Origin: Anolis carolinensis
Lineage: Eukaryota
Direction of reading: 5' to 3'
Assembly (NCBI RefSeq): GCF_035594765.1
Contig: NC_085846.1
Coordinates: 20,447,190 to 20,511,189 of the forward strand
Length of the DNA stretch: 64,000 nt
Part shown: positions 37,554 to 49,945 of the stretch, piece after piece
Layout: each line of letters begins with the position of its first letter
How positions within the stretch are numbered: the first letter of the stretch is position 1
Position numbers and translations under genes: made by a program
Notes under the pieces: model-generated
Told to the model about the DNA's origin: nothing
The model's database searches: none
The model's input: the letters and a program-made list of their open reading frames with translations, nothing else

Positions 37554-38501
37554 ATGAGTAACTTTACTTCCACATCCTCTTTTCTGTTGCTGGAATTCTC
37601 AGATATGAGAGAACTACAAATCTTATCCTTTTTTGTCTTCCTAGCATTCTACCTGACTGCATTAATAGGCAATCTTCTCATTATCACTGTAGTTGCAGTT
37701 GATTCCCACCTTCACACTCCCATGTACTATCTCCTATTTAATTTGGCCATGTCGGACATTGGATCAATTTCTGTCATGGTGCCCAAGGCCATGGCTATGT
37801 CTCTTAAGAATGATAGGTCAATTACTTATGCTGGCTGTGTTGCTCAAGTTTTCTTTTTTGTTTTCTTTTCAGCCTCAGGTTATAGTGTCCTAACTATTAT
37901 GGCTCATGATCGCTATGTTGCAATCTGCCACCCTCTCCACTATGAGAGAATCATGCACAAAGGAGCCTGCCTACAGATGGTAGCCATTGGGCTGATTGCT
38001 AGTCTTATTTATGCCACATTACACACCTGTGGCACCTTTGGAAATACTTTCTGTTCCAATATTGTCAATCAATTCTTCTGTGAAATTCCACAATTAATAA
38101 AGCTGTCCTGCTCAGGTTTTTCCATAATGGAAACTGGGGTTCTTATCCTGTCGTTTAGTATAGCATTAGGGTGCCTTATTTTCATCATCAGATCATATGT
38201 ACAGATCTTTGTTGTTGTGCTTCGAATTCCTTCTTCACAAGGTCAGAAAAAAGCCCTCTCCACTTGTGTTCCCCACCTCACAGTTGTCATAATGTTGATA
38301 GCCAGTGGGGTCCTTGTCCATGCAAGGTTTACTGCTGACTCTTCTAATTTGGATATAGTTTTGTCCATGGTATATACCATAATTCCTCCAATGTCAAACC
38401 CATTCATATATAGTGTTAGAAACAAAGAGGTCAAGACTGCTTTACGAAATCTGTTGCATGTTGCAATTTCCTATAAAAACATACTTAAAGTTGTTCTGTG
38501 A
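37554..38501 (+). CDS. Olfactory receptor, OR14-like (type B), 315 aa
   Basis: Intact ORF; true ATG at 37554 after acceptor cctacag (37528); all OR motifs present. Confidence 0.94.
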   Translation: MSNFTSTSSFLLLEFSDMRELQILSFFVFLAFYLTALIGNLLIITVVAVDSHLHTPMYYLLFNLAMSDIGSISVMVPKAMAMSLKNDRSITYAGCVAQVFFFVFFSASGYSVLTIMAHDRYVAICHPLHYERIMHKGACLQMVAIGLIASLIYATLHTCGTFGNTFCSNIVNQFFCEIPQLIKLSCSGFSIMETGVLILSFSIALGCLIFIIRSYVQIFVVVLRIPSSQGQKKALSTCVPHLTVVIMLIASGVLVHARFTADSSNLDIVLSMVYTIIPPMSNPFIYSVRNKEVKTALRNLLHVAISYKNILKVVL

Positions 38502-41229
38502 GAACTGTGTTGTATGAACTTTCAAATGTTAATATTTCCGTCTGAATGTTTAACTCCACTCTTCTCATGCATCAGGTCCTCTCACACAGGTTGAGCTCTC
38601 TTTTTTTCTTCTGTGTAATTTCTTTGAGCTTCATTTATCAGATAGAACATAATTTGATAGTACATTTTCACCCAGAGATAATAAGTACTGTTGGCTGCTT
38701 ATATATTCCCAGGTCATCATTGATTTTCTATAAACAGCTTGGGGTCAACAGAAGTAGCTACTCCTTGCAGTCCCAGCATATGGCCTCTCAATGCTTGAAG
38801 AAGTGTGCCTAGGTCCATTCAGTTTGAAGCTACTCCATCTTCCCAGTTTGATTGCTGGGGCAATGAATTTTGCTTCAGCAGATTTCCTCAATATACAATG
38901 TAAATATATAGGACGTGGCAACTGGGAAGCACCCTATGTACTCTATACAAGAAACTTAAGATGCTTCACAAAGTGTTCAAAAGATAATTATTTTACAGGT
39001 CAAAAATGAAGAAAAACATTTTAGCCAGAAAAAAAAAGATCACAACCCGATGAATTTTTAAGAATCTTCAGGCATATGAGAAATTAGAAACAAATGGGAA
39101 AAATTAATATATCAGTTATAGGGGAATTTGCACTAATAAAAGCAAATGTTTTGCCAAGAGTCAGATCCCAATTGGTTTGCTTATTTATAACTTAAAATGA
39201 TATTTCCACAGGACAAAAAGAACTCATGCAAAAAGATGGAGAAAATCAGTTTTATTTGTAATGGTGTAAAGATGATGGTCATATACTTTCAAAAGTGAGA
39301 CAATGTCCTTTGAAATTAGAGATAGAAGCTGAATCTGTAAAATGATAAGGTGGGTCAAGGGTTGCAGGCATAATGAACAAATGAACATTTAAAAAATGGC
39401 ATGACATAAATTCTTCTAGTCTAGTAACTTTGTAAGAAAATATACATAAAATGATATATAGATAGCACTTAATTCGAAGTAGGTTGTCAAAAATGTCCAC
39501 AAATGCTTCAAATGTATGTCGTGCTTGTCAGAATAAGGAAAGATCTTTTCCTGACAAGGACCTGCAACAAGGTGACAAGATCCATACCTTAATGAAAATA
39601 AAGTAAAATTAAATTAAATGTGGATTGTGGAATATAAACAGAAATGTTTTTGCTGGACATTTTTGAGAAGAAATTGGACTACGCCATGGACTATTCTTCA
39701 CATATATAATAAGAGCTGGAAGAATACTGTATGCTCAAACTTGGAAATGAATTGAAGCACCGATGAATGGAAGAATGGGTTTCTGAATTTACAGAATTTG
39801 CCCAAATTGCCTGACTGATGTGGATTCTGAAAGATAAATAAATTGTAATTTTCATGAAAGATTGGAAATTGTTTATGGATTTCTGAGCAAAAAGATCTGG
39901 TAATGTTAGCAAGTGGAATTTAGTTAAACCCGTAATGATGGAATAACATATCTTTTGCTAGTTATTTTCCTCTCTTTATTAGAGTTCATTAGGGGGCAGA
40001 GTTCTTTTGTAGCTTTGTAATGTATTGTTTGTGTGGTTGTAGGTATTATAATACTGTAGATTAGTGACTTAGTAATGAACCATTATGTCAGTTTAGTGTT
40101 AGAATTAAGTGTAATGAACTTTAGTTTTAGATATACATACACTGTATGTTATTTATCTATAGTCCTTCTTTTTTACTTTTTTTTCTTGGGTGCTGTTTAT
40201 CTCAATATGCATTAGTTTATATTTGTTAAAGCTAATAAATATCATCTTAAAAACTTAAATATTTTATATCTTTTACCATAAAAGAAAAGCATATCCAACA
40301 TCTCTTAGTATAGCATAAGATTGTTTGATGATTTCAGCAAAAAGTAATTAAAAATTCCAGAAACTGTATATAAGATTATCCATGCAGAACATTCCAAAAA
40401 TACCTCCAAATCCACAAAAACCAACAAGAACGATTTATAGAAAAGGAATTAACAACTCACTTTTCACTTTTTGGAGAAAAATTGCAGTAGACTAAAAAGA
40501 AAGGGGAATGATAAAATATATTTAGATATCAAGTGGCCTGTCACTCTTTCTTGAGGCACAGTGTCTCCAACTTGCATCAAATGCATGAAAAACTAAGGTA
40601 CGAAAAATGCATGAAAAACTAAGGTGACTATTATCAGCAGGCCCATACTTTGTAAAATAGAACTATACTATATACTTTCTTCTCAGTAATGGTACAAAAT
40701 GTTTTTACTTCCTCAGTATATCAATTAATAATTATACCAATTTTTTTAAAAAAATCTATGATTTTTTGGTTTCTGTGTGAAATACTTCCAACTTTCAACA
40801 TCAAAATCCAAAAGTCACAAACCATTGGGATGAAATGGCTATATTTTCTTTTTTCGTTAAAAGCAGGGTGAGAAAACAACGTATTTACTTATCAGCGACA
40901 TACATTATTAGAACTATTGAAATGAATTTTCAAATAAGAAATATTTTAATATGAATATTTTCACTCTGATAGAATTATAACATGATTTTATACACAAATA
41001 AAAATATCAATGACAAGATCTTGTATAAGGAAACATATATGTCTCATACATAGCAACACCTCTGTATTTACTAATAATACACCACTAAACCAATTGCAAA
41101 CTGTATAGCTCCCTACTACTCTCTGGTTACAAAATAATAGTTTACAAGTTGCTGAAGTACAAAAAGATGAGTGACAACATAGTCATACACTATCTTTTGG
41201 TTAGATGCACTACATAAGGAATCAATATG

Positions 41230-41850
41230 GACCATGACCTGCCTCTTCCAGGGCAATCTTCCAGCCTTGGCACTGTAGTGAAGTGGTCTGTGATCTTGTG
41301 GCACCGGTCAATCAGCTTAGTGATGTCCCAGATGCCCCTTGGGAGGGTCTCTGTAGAGGGCGTACTAACTAGCCCAAGCCCTTCATGGATGGTGAGGTGG
41401 AGAATGGCCCAGACCCCAGAAGCCAGCATTCCCCACTGCCTGCACTATATTTGCCCCATTATCAGTTGCCATAAAACCACAGGTGAGCTGCCGCCTCCCA
41501 GACAGCCATACCTCCAGCATGCGGTCTATGACCCGGTAGATCTTGGAAGAAGTATGAATCTTGTCAAGCACTTCTATGTGGAGCAGGCCCAGAGATGTCC
41601 TCTTTCCATGGTGTGCTCTCTCTCTCTCACCAATGCCCAGCGAGGGAGAGGTAGACCACGGGTGGACCTAATGTCTGTGATGAAGTGGATGGACGTCCAG
41701 CCAGTACCATCCATCAACTGTTCGACACATTCTCTGCACCCTGATACAGGGATGGTATCACCATCCTTGAGGAGGTCATACAGAAGGGGACCTTGTAGTT
41801 GGGAGCCACCAGTGTTTTGGAGAAAAATTGCGGTGGACTCCATCCGAAAG
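41230..41850 (-). mobile_element. Decayed hAT transposase fragment
   Basis: IHFITDIRS (first catalytic D, xHFTTDxWS-like) and GFMATDNGANIVQAV (second D), with stops and frameshifts. Confidence 0.75.
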
Positions 41851-42486
41851 CCTCCTAAGATCCCTCTTCCAACTCTTGAGTAAACTTCTCAATAGTCACA
41901 AGGGACTATTTGCACCCCCCCCCCCTCAGCCTCTAACTGTCCATGGGCACTAATGTACTCTAAAAAAGAAGAAAATGGGTTCCCTGGAACTACAAAGACA
42001 AGTATCCACTTATTATAATAATACAGAAATCATTAAACCTAAATTTAGTATCAATACATCAATATGAAAACAGATACAAAAGGAGTTGTTAAACAATCAA
42101 ATAAAGAACTGTTACATTCACAGTAGAAACAATATTTTTCTCTTGTAGGATGAATTTACTCCTCTTCTCATAAACAATAAATACTCTTAAGTTCTTTGAG
42201 TGTTCCACATACTAATGTACTCTGCCAGTCCAGATTGAGAGGCTCCAGCTTGTGCCCTCGTCTCAACAGCAGCAGAAGGAGTAACAGAAGCAGCAGCAAC
42301 ACCAAGAGAGATGCACTTTATTTTTGTTGTGGTGGTAGGAGCAGAAGCAATATATATCTCCCTCTGAAAGCCTGGTGACCACTGGAGCCAGCACTACCCA
42401 CCCCATGCCTCATTATGTATATAAAATATAAGTGTTGGTGTTAAATCACTTTATTAATGTGTATATGTACTTGTGTGCACTAGCCA

Positions 42487-42698
42487 GGTAAAGGTTTTCC
42501 CCTGACGTTAAGTCCAGTCGTGACCGACTCTGGGGGTTGGTGCTCATCTCCATTTCTAAGCCGAAGAACTGGCGTTGTTCGTAGACACCCCCAAGGTCAT
42601 GTGGCTGGCATGACTGCATGGAGCGCTGTTACCTTCCTACCGGAGCAGTACCTATTGATCTACTCACATTTGCATGTTTTTGAACTGCTAGGTTGGCA
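42487..42698 (-). mobile_element. Sauria SINE, 5'-truncated
   Basis: Reverse complement of 11020-11222 including the ggtaaaggtttt tail. Confidence 0.9.
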
Positions 42699-42699
42699 T

Positions 42700-42986
42700 A
42701 TTATTTTATTGTATGACACAGCAAAAAAGATAGATATACTGGATTTCGTATCACAAAATCACAAGTCGAACACTTCCAAAGTGTTTAGGACTGTGTGATG
42801 TATTTTTGGATGATGTGCGCAGATCCCAGTAGGGTGGCCTTTTGCAGTTGGCAGATTGTAATTTTGTCAATGTCTATTGTTTCCAAATGCCGGCTGAGAT
42901 CTTTTGGCATAGTACCCAGTGTGCCCATCACCACCGGGACCACCTGCACTGGTTTCTGCCAGAGTCTTTGAAGTTCAATCTTGAGG
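42700..42986 (-). mobile_element. Dong/R4-clade LINE 3' end
   Basis: Matches 13376-13652; TTA-like junction. Confidence 0.88.
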
Positions 42987-43417
42987 CCAGAATCCTAGAC
43001 AAGTATTTACTTTGTAAATGATTTTTTTTCCAAAAAATAAATAAATAGAAGATATAATTGAGATGTATACATTGTCTGATCTATCTTGTGGTAGAAGTGG
43101 ATGAAACAACATTCCATGGGGAGTAGGGAAATTCTGATCAGCTGTGCTGTCCTGTTGGGATTAAAATCCCCAGTAAGAGAAACAACCTTTAAAGAGGCTT
43201 CCTGCCAGACATGTTGCAATGATATGCTGCAATGAATGCTTGCACCCACATTTTGTTCCTGCTATTTTTACAGATCTGATGTTTCTAATACATCTATAGC
43301 ATTGGATAATATAATCAATAAAATGCCACAAATTTTGTACTAATCTTACAGAGCTTTGAAGGTGTGCAGTGAAGCTACTAAAGGTGTTTGTGTAAGTGTT
43401 ATTGATACCAGTTTATT

Positions 43418-43632
43418 NNNNNNNNNNNNNNNNNNNNNNNNNNNNNNNNNNNNNNNNNNNNNNNNNNNNNNNNNNNNNNNNNNNNNNNNNNNNNNNNNNN
43501 NNNNNNNNNNNNNNNNNNNNNNNNNNNNNNNNNNNNNNNNNNNNNNNNNNNNNNNNNNNNNNNNNNNNNNNNNNNNNNNNNNNNNNNNNNNNNNNNNNNN
43601 NNNNNNNNNNNNNNNNNNNNNNNNNNNNNNNN
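43418..43632. other. Assembly gap (215 N)
   Basis: run of N. Confidence 1.
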
Positions 43633-46479
43633 CTATCTATCTACCAATCTGTCTTAACATCTTTTTGATGAGTAGTTTCTGAAGCAGGAAATTTAAAAGA
43701 TGAGAAATTGTACAGTTTCAATTGTATAGAACCTGTAAAGTGTGCAGTAAAGCTATTAAAGGTGTTTGGATAAGTGTCACTGTTTGTTTACCAGAACTAA
43801 TGTATCTATAGCATAAGATGTATACCCAAAAAAATGCTACAAATTTTGTACTAATTATTGAGTGATTGCAAATGCTGTGGGCAATGGACAGATGGACTCT
43901 CACACTCTACCACATCATATTGTTATGAAAGGTGACTGTGGAGCTGCATCTTACAGAGCCTTGAAGGTGTGAAGTGAAGCTACTAAAGGTCTTTGTATAA
44001 GTGTTATTGATACTTGTTTGCTTACCACAGCTGTTTGCCGGTTGTCTCTATCATCTATCTGTTTGTCTACCAACCTACCTACCTACCTACCTACCATCTA
44101 CCTACCTGTCTTTTTGATAACTAGTTTCTGAAGCGGGAAAATTAGAAGGTGAGAAATTGTACAGTTTCAATTGTATAGAGCTTGTAAAGTGTGCAGTAAA
44201 GTTATTAAAAGTGTTTGGATAAGTGTCACTGTTTGTATGCCCGAATCTTTGCCAACACTCCTGTCTGTCTGTCTGTCTGTCCCAAAATAGGTTGTCTGTC
44301 TGACAACATATTTTTCAATGGTTTCTGAAATAGGAACATTGTTCACCTTCCATTGTTGACCTTCACTGTTTGATGCATCATATTTTAGTACAGTCAGGGA
44401 TAACATCATAATTTGGACTTAGTTCTTCTCTAAGCATTTTTTTAGCATTCCCTGCACTTTTTATGTTTATTTAGTTTAACCTTTGGTTTTGGCTGTTTAC
44501 AAGTTATATTAAGTTTATTTTATTTCATGTTTTGCCTTGCCTTCACTGTTGTTTATTTGTTACCTGTTTTTGAGCATTTAATGTTTGCCTTTTTTGTTAT
44601 GAGTCAGTGCTATCTTTATACATGATAGTAATGTCGACCAAAGCAATGAACAGATTGTTCACATGTTGTGTGGTTCAAAATGCTTCAAGGAGAAGATGAA
44701 TAACCTCACCTACCAATGCCTCAATGGATGCTGGACGGGTGGCTGAATTTAACAATAACAATTACTTGCCTAAAATTGTTTAAATGTGTGTTGGGTAAGT
44801 TTTATTTTGTTGTATTCTAGAGTGTTATGCCCTTTGTTATCTTCTGTTTGTCTAACTGATGATTTTTCAGTCTATCCACCCCTCCTTATCTATTATAAGG
44901 AAAAGTAATTATTAAATCCCTAAAACACTAGGATTTTGTTTTTCTGTTTGCTAAGGTACATGCACTTCATTTGGTATCTTCTAAACCAAACCATATAGGT
45001 ATCATTGTAACCAGACAATTTCCAGAAAAATAACTGTCCATTTAGTGGGGCAATGTATATATTGTCTGATAATGGAAGAATGAGAATAAATCAGATTGTG
45101 ACTCATCTCTCCTTACTTTTGTGTAATGGTTAAGTACCTTTGGGCAAATTCTTCTAGCAGCCTACTGAACAATGAACTAGACATTTATCCAGTTCTAATA
45201 TTGGCTCTATCTGTTGATCTACGAACAATATAAATACATATTAGATTAGCATCACTCATGCACTGTTGAAGGTAGGTTAGCAGCATGAAATTTGCCAACT
45301 CAAAGCACCAAAGTGCTTAGTGAGTTCCCTCTTCTAATATTAAACTTATGTAATCCTATATTGTGGCAGGAGCTACTGGAAAAAAACCCAGCTTTTGTGC
45401 CCAAGGAAACCAGATGATATCCTTAAATCTAGAGGTGATTTCAAGGCACGTAGACACACAATCCAGGATTGTCGTCTTCAGGAACACAAACATTAGTTCT
45501 TTGTCATATGCATAAAGCCAAAAGTAACAGAAATATCAAATCAATCAGTATCACTTATGCAACAATTTAGAAAGAGGGGAAGGAGTATATGAGTCTTGTG
45601 ATTTTTTTTAAATAGTCAGTTTATTTCAGACTATGTATGTGGTAATTAGTTACACAAAACTTCTTCAGATTTCATGGGTGACTGACTACAATTACTCATA
45701 CAGTCTTTGTTTTGTGACTTATATTTTATCAAATCAATGTTAATCCATGAAAGCTGGATGTAAATACTTAGATAGCCCATACGAAAATCTAAATAATATT
45801 ATAAAAACTGATTTAACTACTGAGAGTTTGTTTTTTGGAGAAAGGAAAATCTTTTTTAAAAAATAGACCAATTTTGCCTTCTCCCATTAATACCGAAGAG
45901 CAAAGCATAAGCAACCTATTATTGTATTTGAAATACAGACTTTGAGAACAGAGTTGATGTATTAACTCCACCCTATTCATTGCCTGTGTATATGTTAAGA
46001 CATGTAACTGCGGCACATAAAACCATTATGAACTAACCTTCAGAAAATTTTGATATGTCATCAATATGCTGATATCGTAAGCCATTTCTCTTAATTTCTT
46101 CAGAAACACAAAAGGCTGGGAATTGATGGGCTAAATAAGATATAAATTAAACTGACATTAAAACTTATATATAATAATGTAGCTAGAGATTTCTTAGATG
46201 TAAATATGAGAGTGATGTCTGTTCACTTTATGGCTGCAGTCCATCTGTAATCTTTGTTCCTATTGGATGTGGTTGCTATGGGAATTATTCTACACAGGAC
46301 TATTGCAATAACATTTCTCAGAAAAAAACACAAAAAATTATTTCCCAAATAATGTAGCAAAAACTTCACTATTGAAGAAAAAAGAGTTGATTAAAACTAA
46401 AATGGCCGATATTCCAAAGTGTAGTTTAATTATTTTTTAATTCTCATCTTACAGGAAATATGAAGATATCAAAAACAGC

Positions 46480-47427
46480 ATGAATAACTTTACTTCTACA
46501 TCCTCTTTTCTGTTGCTGGAATTCTCAGATATGAGAGAACTACAAATCTTATCCTTTTTTGTCTTCCTAGCACTCTACTTGACTGCATTAATAGGTAACC
46601 TTCTCATTGTCACTGTCGTTGCAGTTGATTCCCACCTTCACACTCCTATGTATTATTTCCTCTTTAATTTGGCCATGTCGGATATTGGATCAATTTCTGT
46701 TATGGTGCCCAAGGCTATGGCAATGTCCCTTAAGAATGATAGGTCAATTACTTATGCCGGCTGTGTTGCTCAGGTTTTCTTTCATGTGTTCTTTGCGACC
46801 TCAGGTTTTAGTGTCCTAACTATTATGGCTCATGATCGCTATGTTGCAATCTGCCACCCTCTCCATTATGAGAGAATCATGCACAAAGGAGCCTGCCTAC
46901 AGATGGTAGCCATTGGGCTGATTGGTAGTCTTATTTATACCATATTACACACCGGTGGCACCTTTGGAAATACTTTCTGTTCCAATATTGTCAATCAGTT
47001 CTTCTGTGAAATTCCACAATTAATAAAGCTGTCCTGCTCAGGTATTTCCATAATGGAAACTGGGTTTCTTATTCTGGCATTTAGTTTAGCATTAGGGTAC
47101 CTTATCGTCATCATTAGATCATATGTACAGATCTTTGTTGTTGTGCTTAGAATTCCTTCTTCACAAGGTCAGAAAAAAGCCCTCTCCACTTGTGTTCCCC
47201 ATCTCACCGTTGTCACAATGTTTGTAGCCAGTGGGGTCCTTGTCTATGCAAGATCTACTGCTCAATCTTCTAATCTGGATTCCATTTTGTCCATGATATA
47301 TACCATAATTCCTCCAACATCAAATCCATTTATCTATAGTGTTAGAAACAAAGAGGTCAAGACTGCTTTGCAAAATCTGTTACGTGTTGCGATTTCCTAT
47401 AAAAATAAATTTAAAGTGGTTCTGTGA
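46480..47427 (+). CDS. Olfactory receptor, OR14-like (type B), 315 aa
   Basis: Intact ORF with all OR motifs; acceptor tcttacag at 46454. Confidence 0.94.
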   Translation: MNNFTSTSSFLLLEFSDMRELQILSFFVFLALYLTALIGNLLIVTVVAVDSHLHTPMYYFLFNLAMSDIGSISVMVPKAMAMSLKNDRSITYAGCVAQVFFHVFFATSGFSVLTIMAHDRYVAICHPLHYERIMHKGACLQMVAIGLIGSLIYTILHTGGTFGNTFCSNIVNQFFCEIPQLIKLSCSGISIMETGFLILAFSLALGYLIVIIRSYVQIFVVVLRIPSSQGQKKALSTCVPHLTVVTMFVASGVLVYARSTAQSSNLDSILSMIYTIIPPTSNPFIYSVRNKEVKTALQNLLRVAISYKNKFKVVL

Positions 47428-47662
47428 GAATTGAGTTATATGATCTTTCAAATGTTAATATTTCTCTCTGACAGTTTAAGTCTACACTTCTCATACATTG
47501 TTGAAGATTTTCATGGCTGCAATTATATGTATTTTCTGGAAATATATTTTAATATGTGTATTCTAGGGAATGTTTTCAAATGATTATGCATTTTGATTAT
47601 GTGTCTTAGCAATGTTGCAACCTGCCTTGAGCTGTGAGGAGAGGCGGGTATGAAATAAAATT

Positions 47663-47711
<49 letters not shown>

Positions 47712-48234
47712 TATTTGTGCATCCTCAGTATATGGATTAATAATTATATTGAAATTAACAAAACCTCTATGATTTTTAAAATTGTTAAATGGTGTTTTAA
47801 TTTCAACATCAAATATTGCACCCTAGCACTGAGACATCCTTTCATCTAATGCAGTGATCCAGTAATAAAATGTTTATTGCAGCAAGTATATAAAAATGGA
47901 AAAAATGTCAAGTCCAAAAGAGACTTTCAGAATATAAAATGCAATACACAAAATAAGCCAGAATTCAGTAGCAAGAATCCAAAAATGCCATAATAAGTTC
48001 CAAACTTCAGAAGTACAAGAATACAGACGTAATCCATGGTATTCCCATGAACACGAACACAGGAATCTCTCTAAGGTAAATCCTCCAAAGGTACATTAGC
48101 ATAGACAGGAACATTAAACAAGAAATTTGACAATACAAGAACCAGCATCTTGGTAACATGAACAACAGTCCAAGGCTGTTCCATCATCAATTATCTGTAA
48201 TTCCAAGTCTATTATTGCACTGTACTAATCACCG

Positions 48235-48345
48235 AAAGCCTGATCCCAGAGCCAAGTTTTTACTTTTCTCCTGAAGGTTAGAAGGGAGGGGGCTGATCTA
48301 ACATCACTGGGGAGGGAGGTCCACAGCCGAGGGGCCACCACTGAG
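48235..48345 (-). mobile_element. L2 LINE fragment
   Basis: Minus strand reads SVVAPRLWTSLPSDVRSAPSLLTFRRKVKTWL, the L2 ORF2 end. Confidence 0.7.
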
Positions 48346-48789
48346 TTGAAACTACATTTGAACCCTGAGTAAGCTTTGGTTAATATATGCTGTCATATGG
48401 AAATATTCATGAAAATGCAGCCTGAGAAATCTATATAGGTCCTGTAGATAGTGCCATGTTCACAACCTGTGTCTCTTCATACTGATACTCCATTGGTCCA
48501 ATCCATGTGACAAGATCCAGAGTGGAAGGTGGTGGAGGGGGGCAGACAAAACTTACAAAGGTTTTGCCTCTGCTTCTACACTTCTGTCTTATGGGATATG
48601 GCCTCCATGACATACTACCCTTCTGGCATCAGTTTGTTTGGTGCTAGCAACTACATCTCCTCACTTCAGCTGAATTCATGTCATTAGGAAACACGGACAA
48701 ATTCCGTGCAATACTCCTAGACCAACCAAATTTATTTCTCTCACACACACTGCCTTAGGAAGGAAAACTATACTTCTCTTACTTTAGCT

Positions 48790-48896
48790 CAGTGGTTCTC
48801 AACCTGGGGTCCCCAGATGTTTTTGGCTTTCAACTAGCAGCTGGTAAACTGACTGGGATTTCTGGGAGTTGTAGGCCAAAAACATCTGGAGACTCA
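48790..48896. mobile_element. Truncated hAT MITE (same family as 24389)
   Basis: CAGTGGTTCTCAACCT left TIR and matching body; right TIR missing. Confidence 0.75.
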
Positions 48897-49294
48897 TATA
48901 ATACAATTCAAAGCAGATAATCTCATATCAGATCCTGGGATATAGGGCAGTGTATAAAAGGCTTTAATCTAATGTAAATAAAGTGTCCTAACTCAGTTGC
49001 AACTGCTCATCTGGTTTCAAGCTCTTACATTCTTGGGGTGCTCAAGTGTGAGCTGCCCTTAAAATGGGAAAATATTTTTTCTAGAATAAAAAATAAAAAA
49101 GTTCAGACTTTGATGTTAATGTAGTTATGACATGAACAGCTTCCAGATTACATCATTTTTGATGCAAATATATGACAAGTCCTTGGCACATTATCAACTA
49201 TCCACCATTAAAGTGAATGCCAAAACCTAAAGGCCTTTGTCTGAATTAACTGCCATGACTCAATGTATGGAATCATGGACATTGTAATTTTGTT

Positions 49295-49945
49295 TCATGT
49301 TGTGGTGACTCCTAACCATAACATTATTTTCGTTGCTACTTCCATAACTGTAATTTTGCTACTGTTATGAATCGTAATGTAAATATCTAATATTCAGGAT
49401 ATATTTTTATTAGACCAAATTTGAAGACTGGTGGGGTTGGGGGTGGGAATGATTTTGTCATTTGGGATTGTTGTAGTTGCTAGGATTTATAGTTCACCTA
49501 CAATCAGAGAGCATTCTGAACTCCACCAACATGGAACTGAACCAAACTTTGCACACAGAACTCCCATGACCAACAGAAAATATTGGAAGGGTTTAGTGGG
49601 CATTGACTTGAGTTTTGGAGTTGTAGTTCACCTACACCCAGAGAGCACTGAGGAAGTAAGCAATGATGAATCTGGATCAAACTGGGCACAAATACTCAAA
49701 ATGCCAAATGTGAACACTGTTAGAGTTTGTGGAAAATAGACCTTGACATTTGGGAGTTGTAGTTTATGGGGCTTATAGTTCACCTACAACCAAAGAGCCC
49801 CTTGAACCTCATCACCAATAGAATTGGGCCAAACTTCCCACGGAGAATCCCCATGACCAACAGAAAATACTGGTCTTTGGTGACCCATCTAACACCCCTT
49901 TTGTGACGTCCCCCATGGGTCCTGACCCCAGGTTGAGAAACATTG
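49295..49945 (+). mobile_element. Non-autonomous SPIN (Space Invaders/URR1-like) hAT derivative
   Basis: tcatgttgtggtgac.cc.aaccataa.attattttcgttgctactt.cataactgtaattttgctactgttatgaatcgtaatgtaaatatct, and end caggttgagaa.ca.tg, recalled as SPIN/URR1 sequence. Confidence 0.8.

Noticed and set aside
41227-41883. 218-aa plus-strand ORF
   Set aside because: Antisense to a decayed hAT transposase; no recognisable motifs
43356-43682. ORFs crossing the N run
   Set aside because: Gap artefacts
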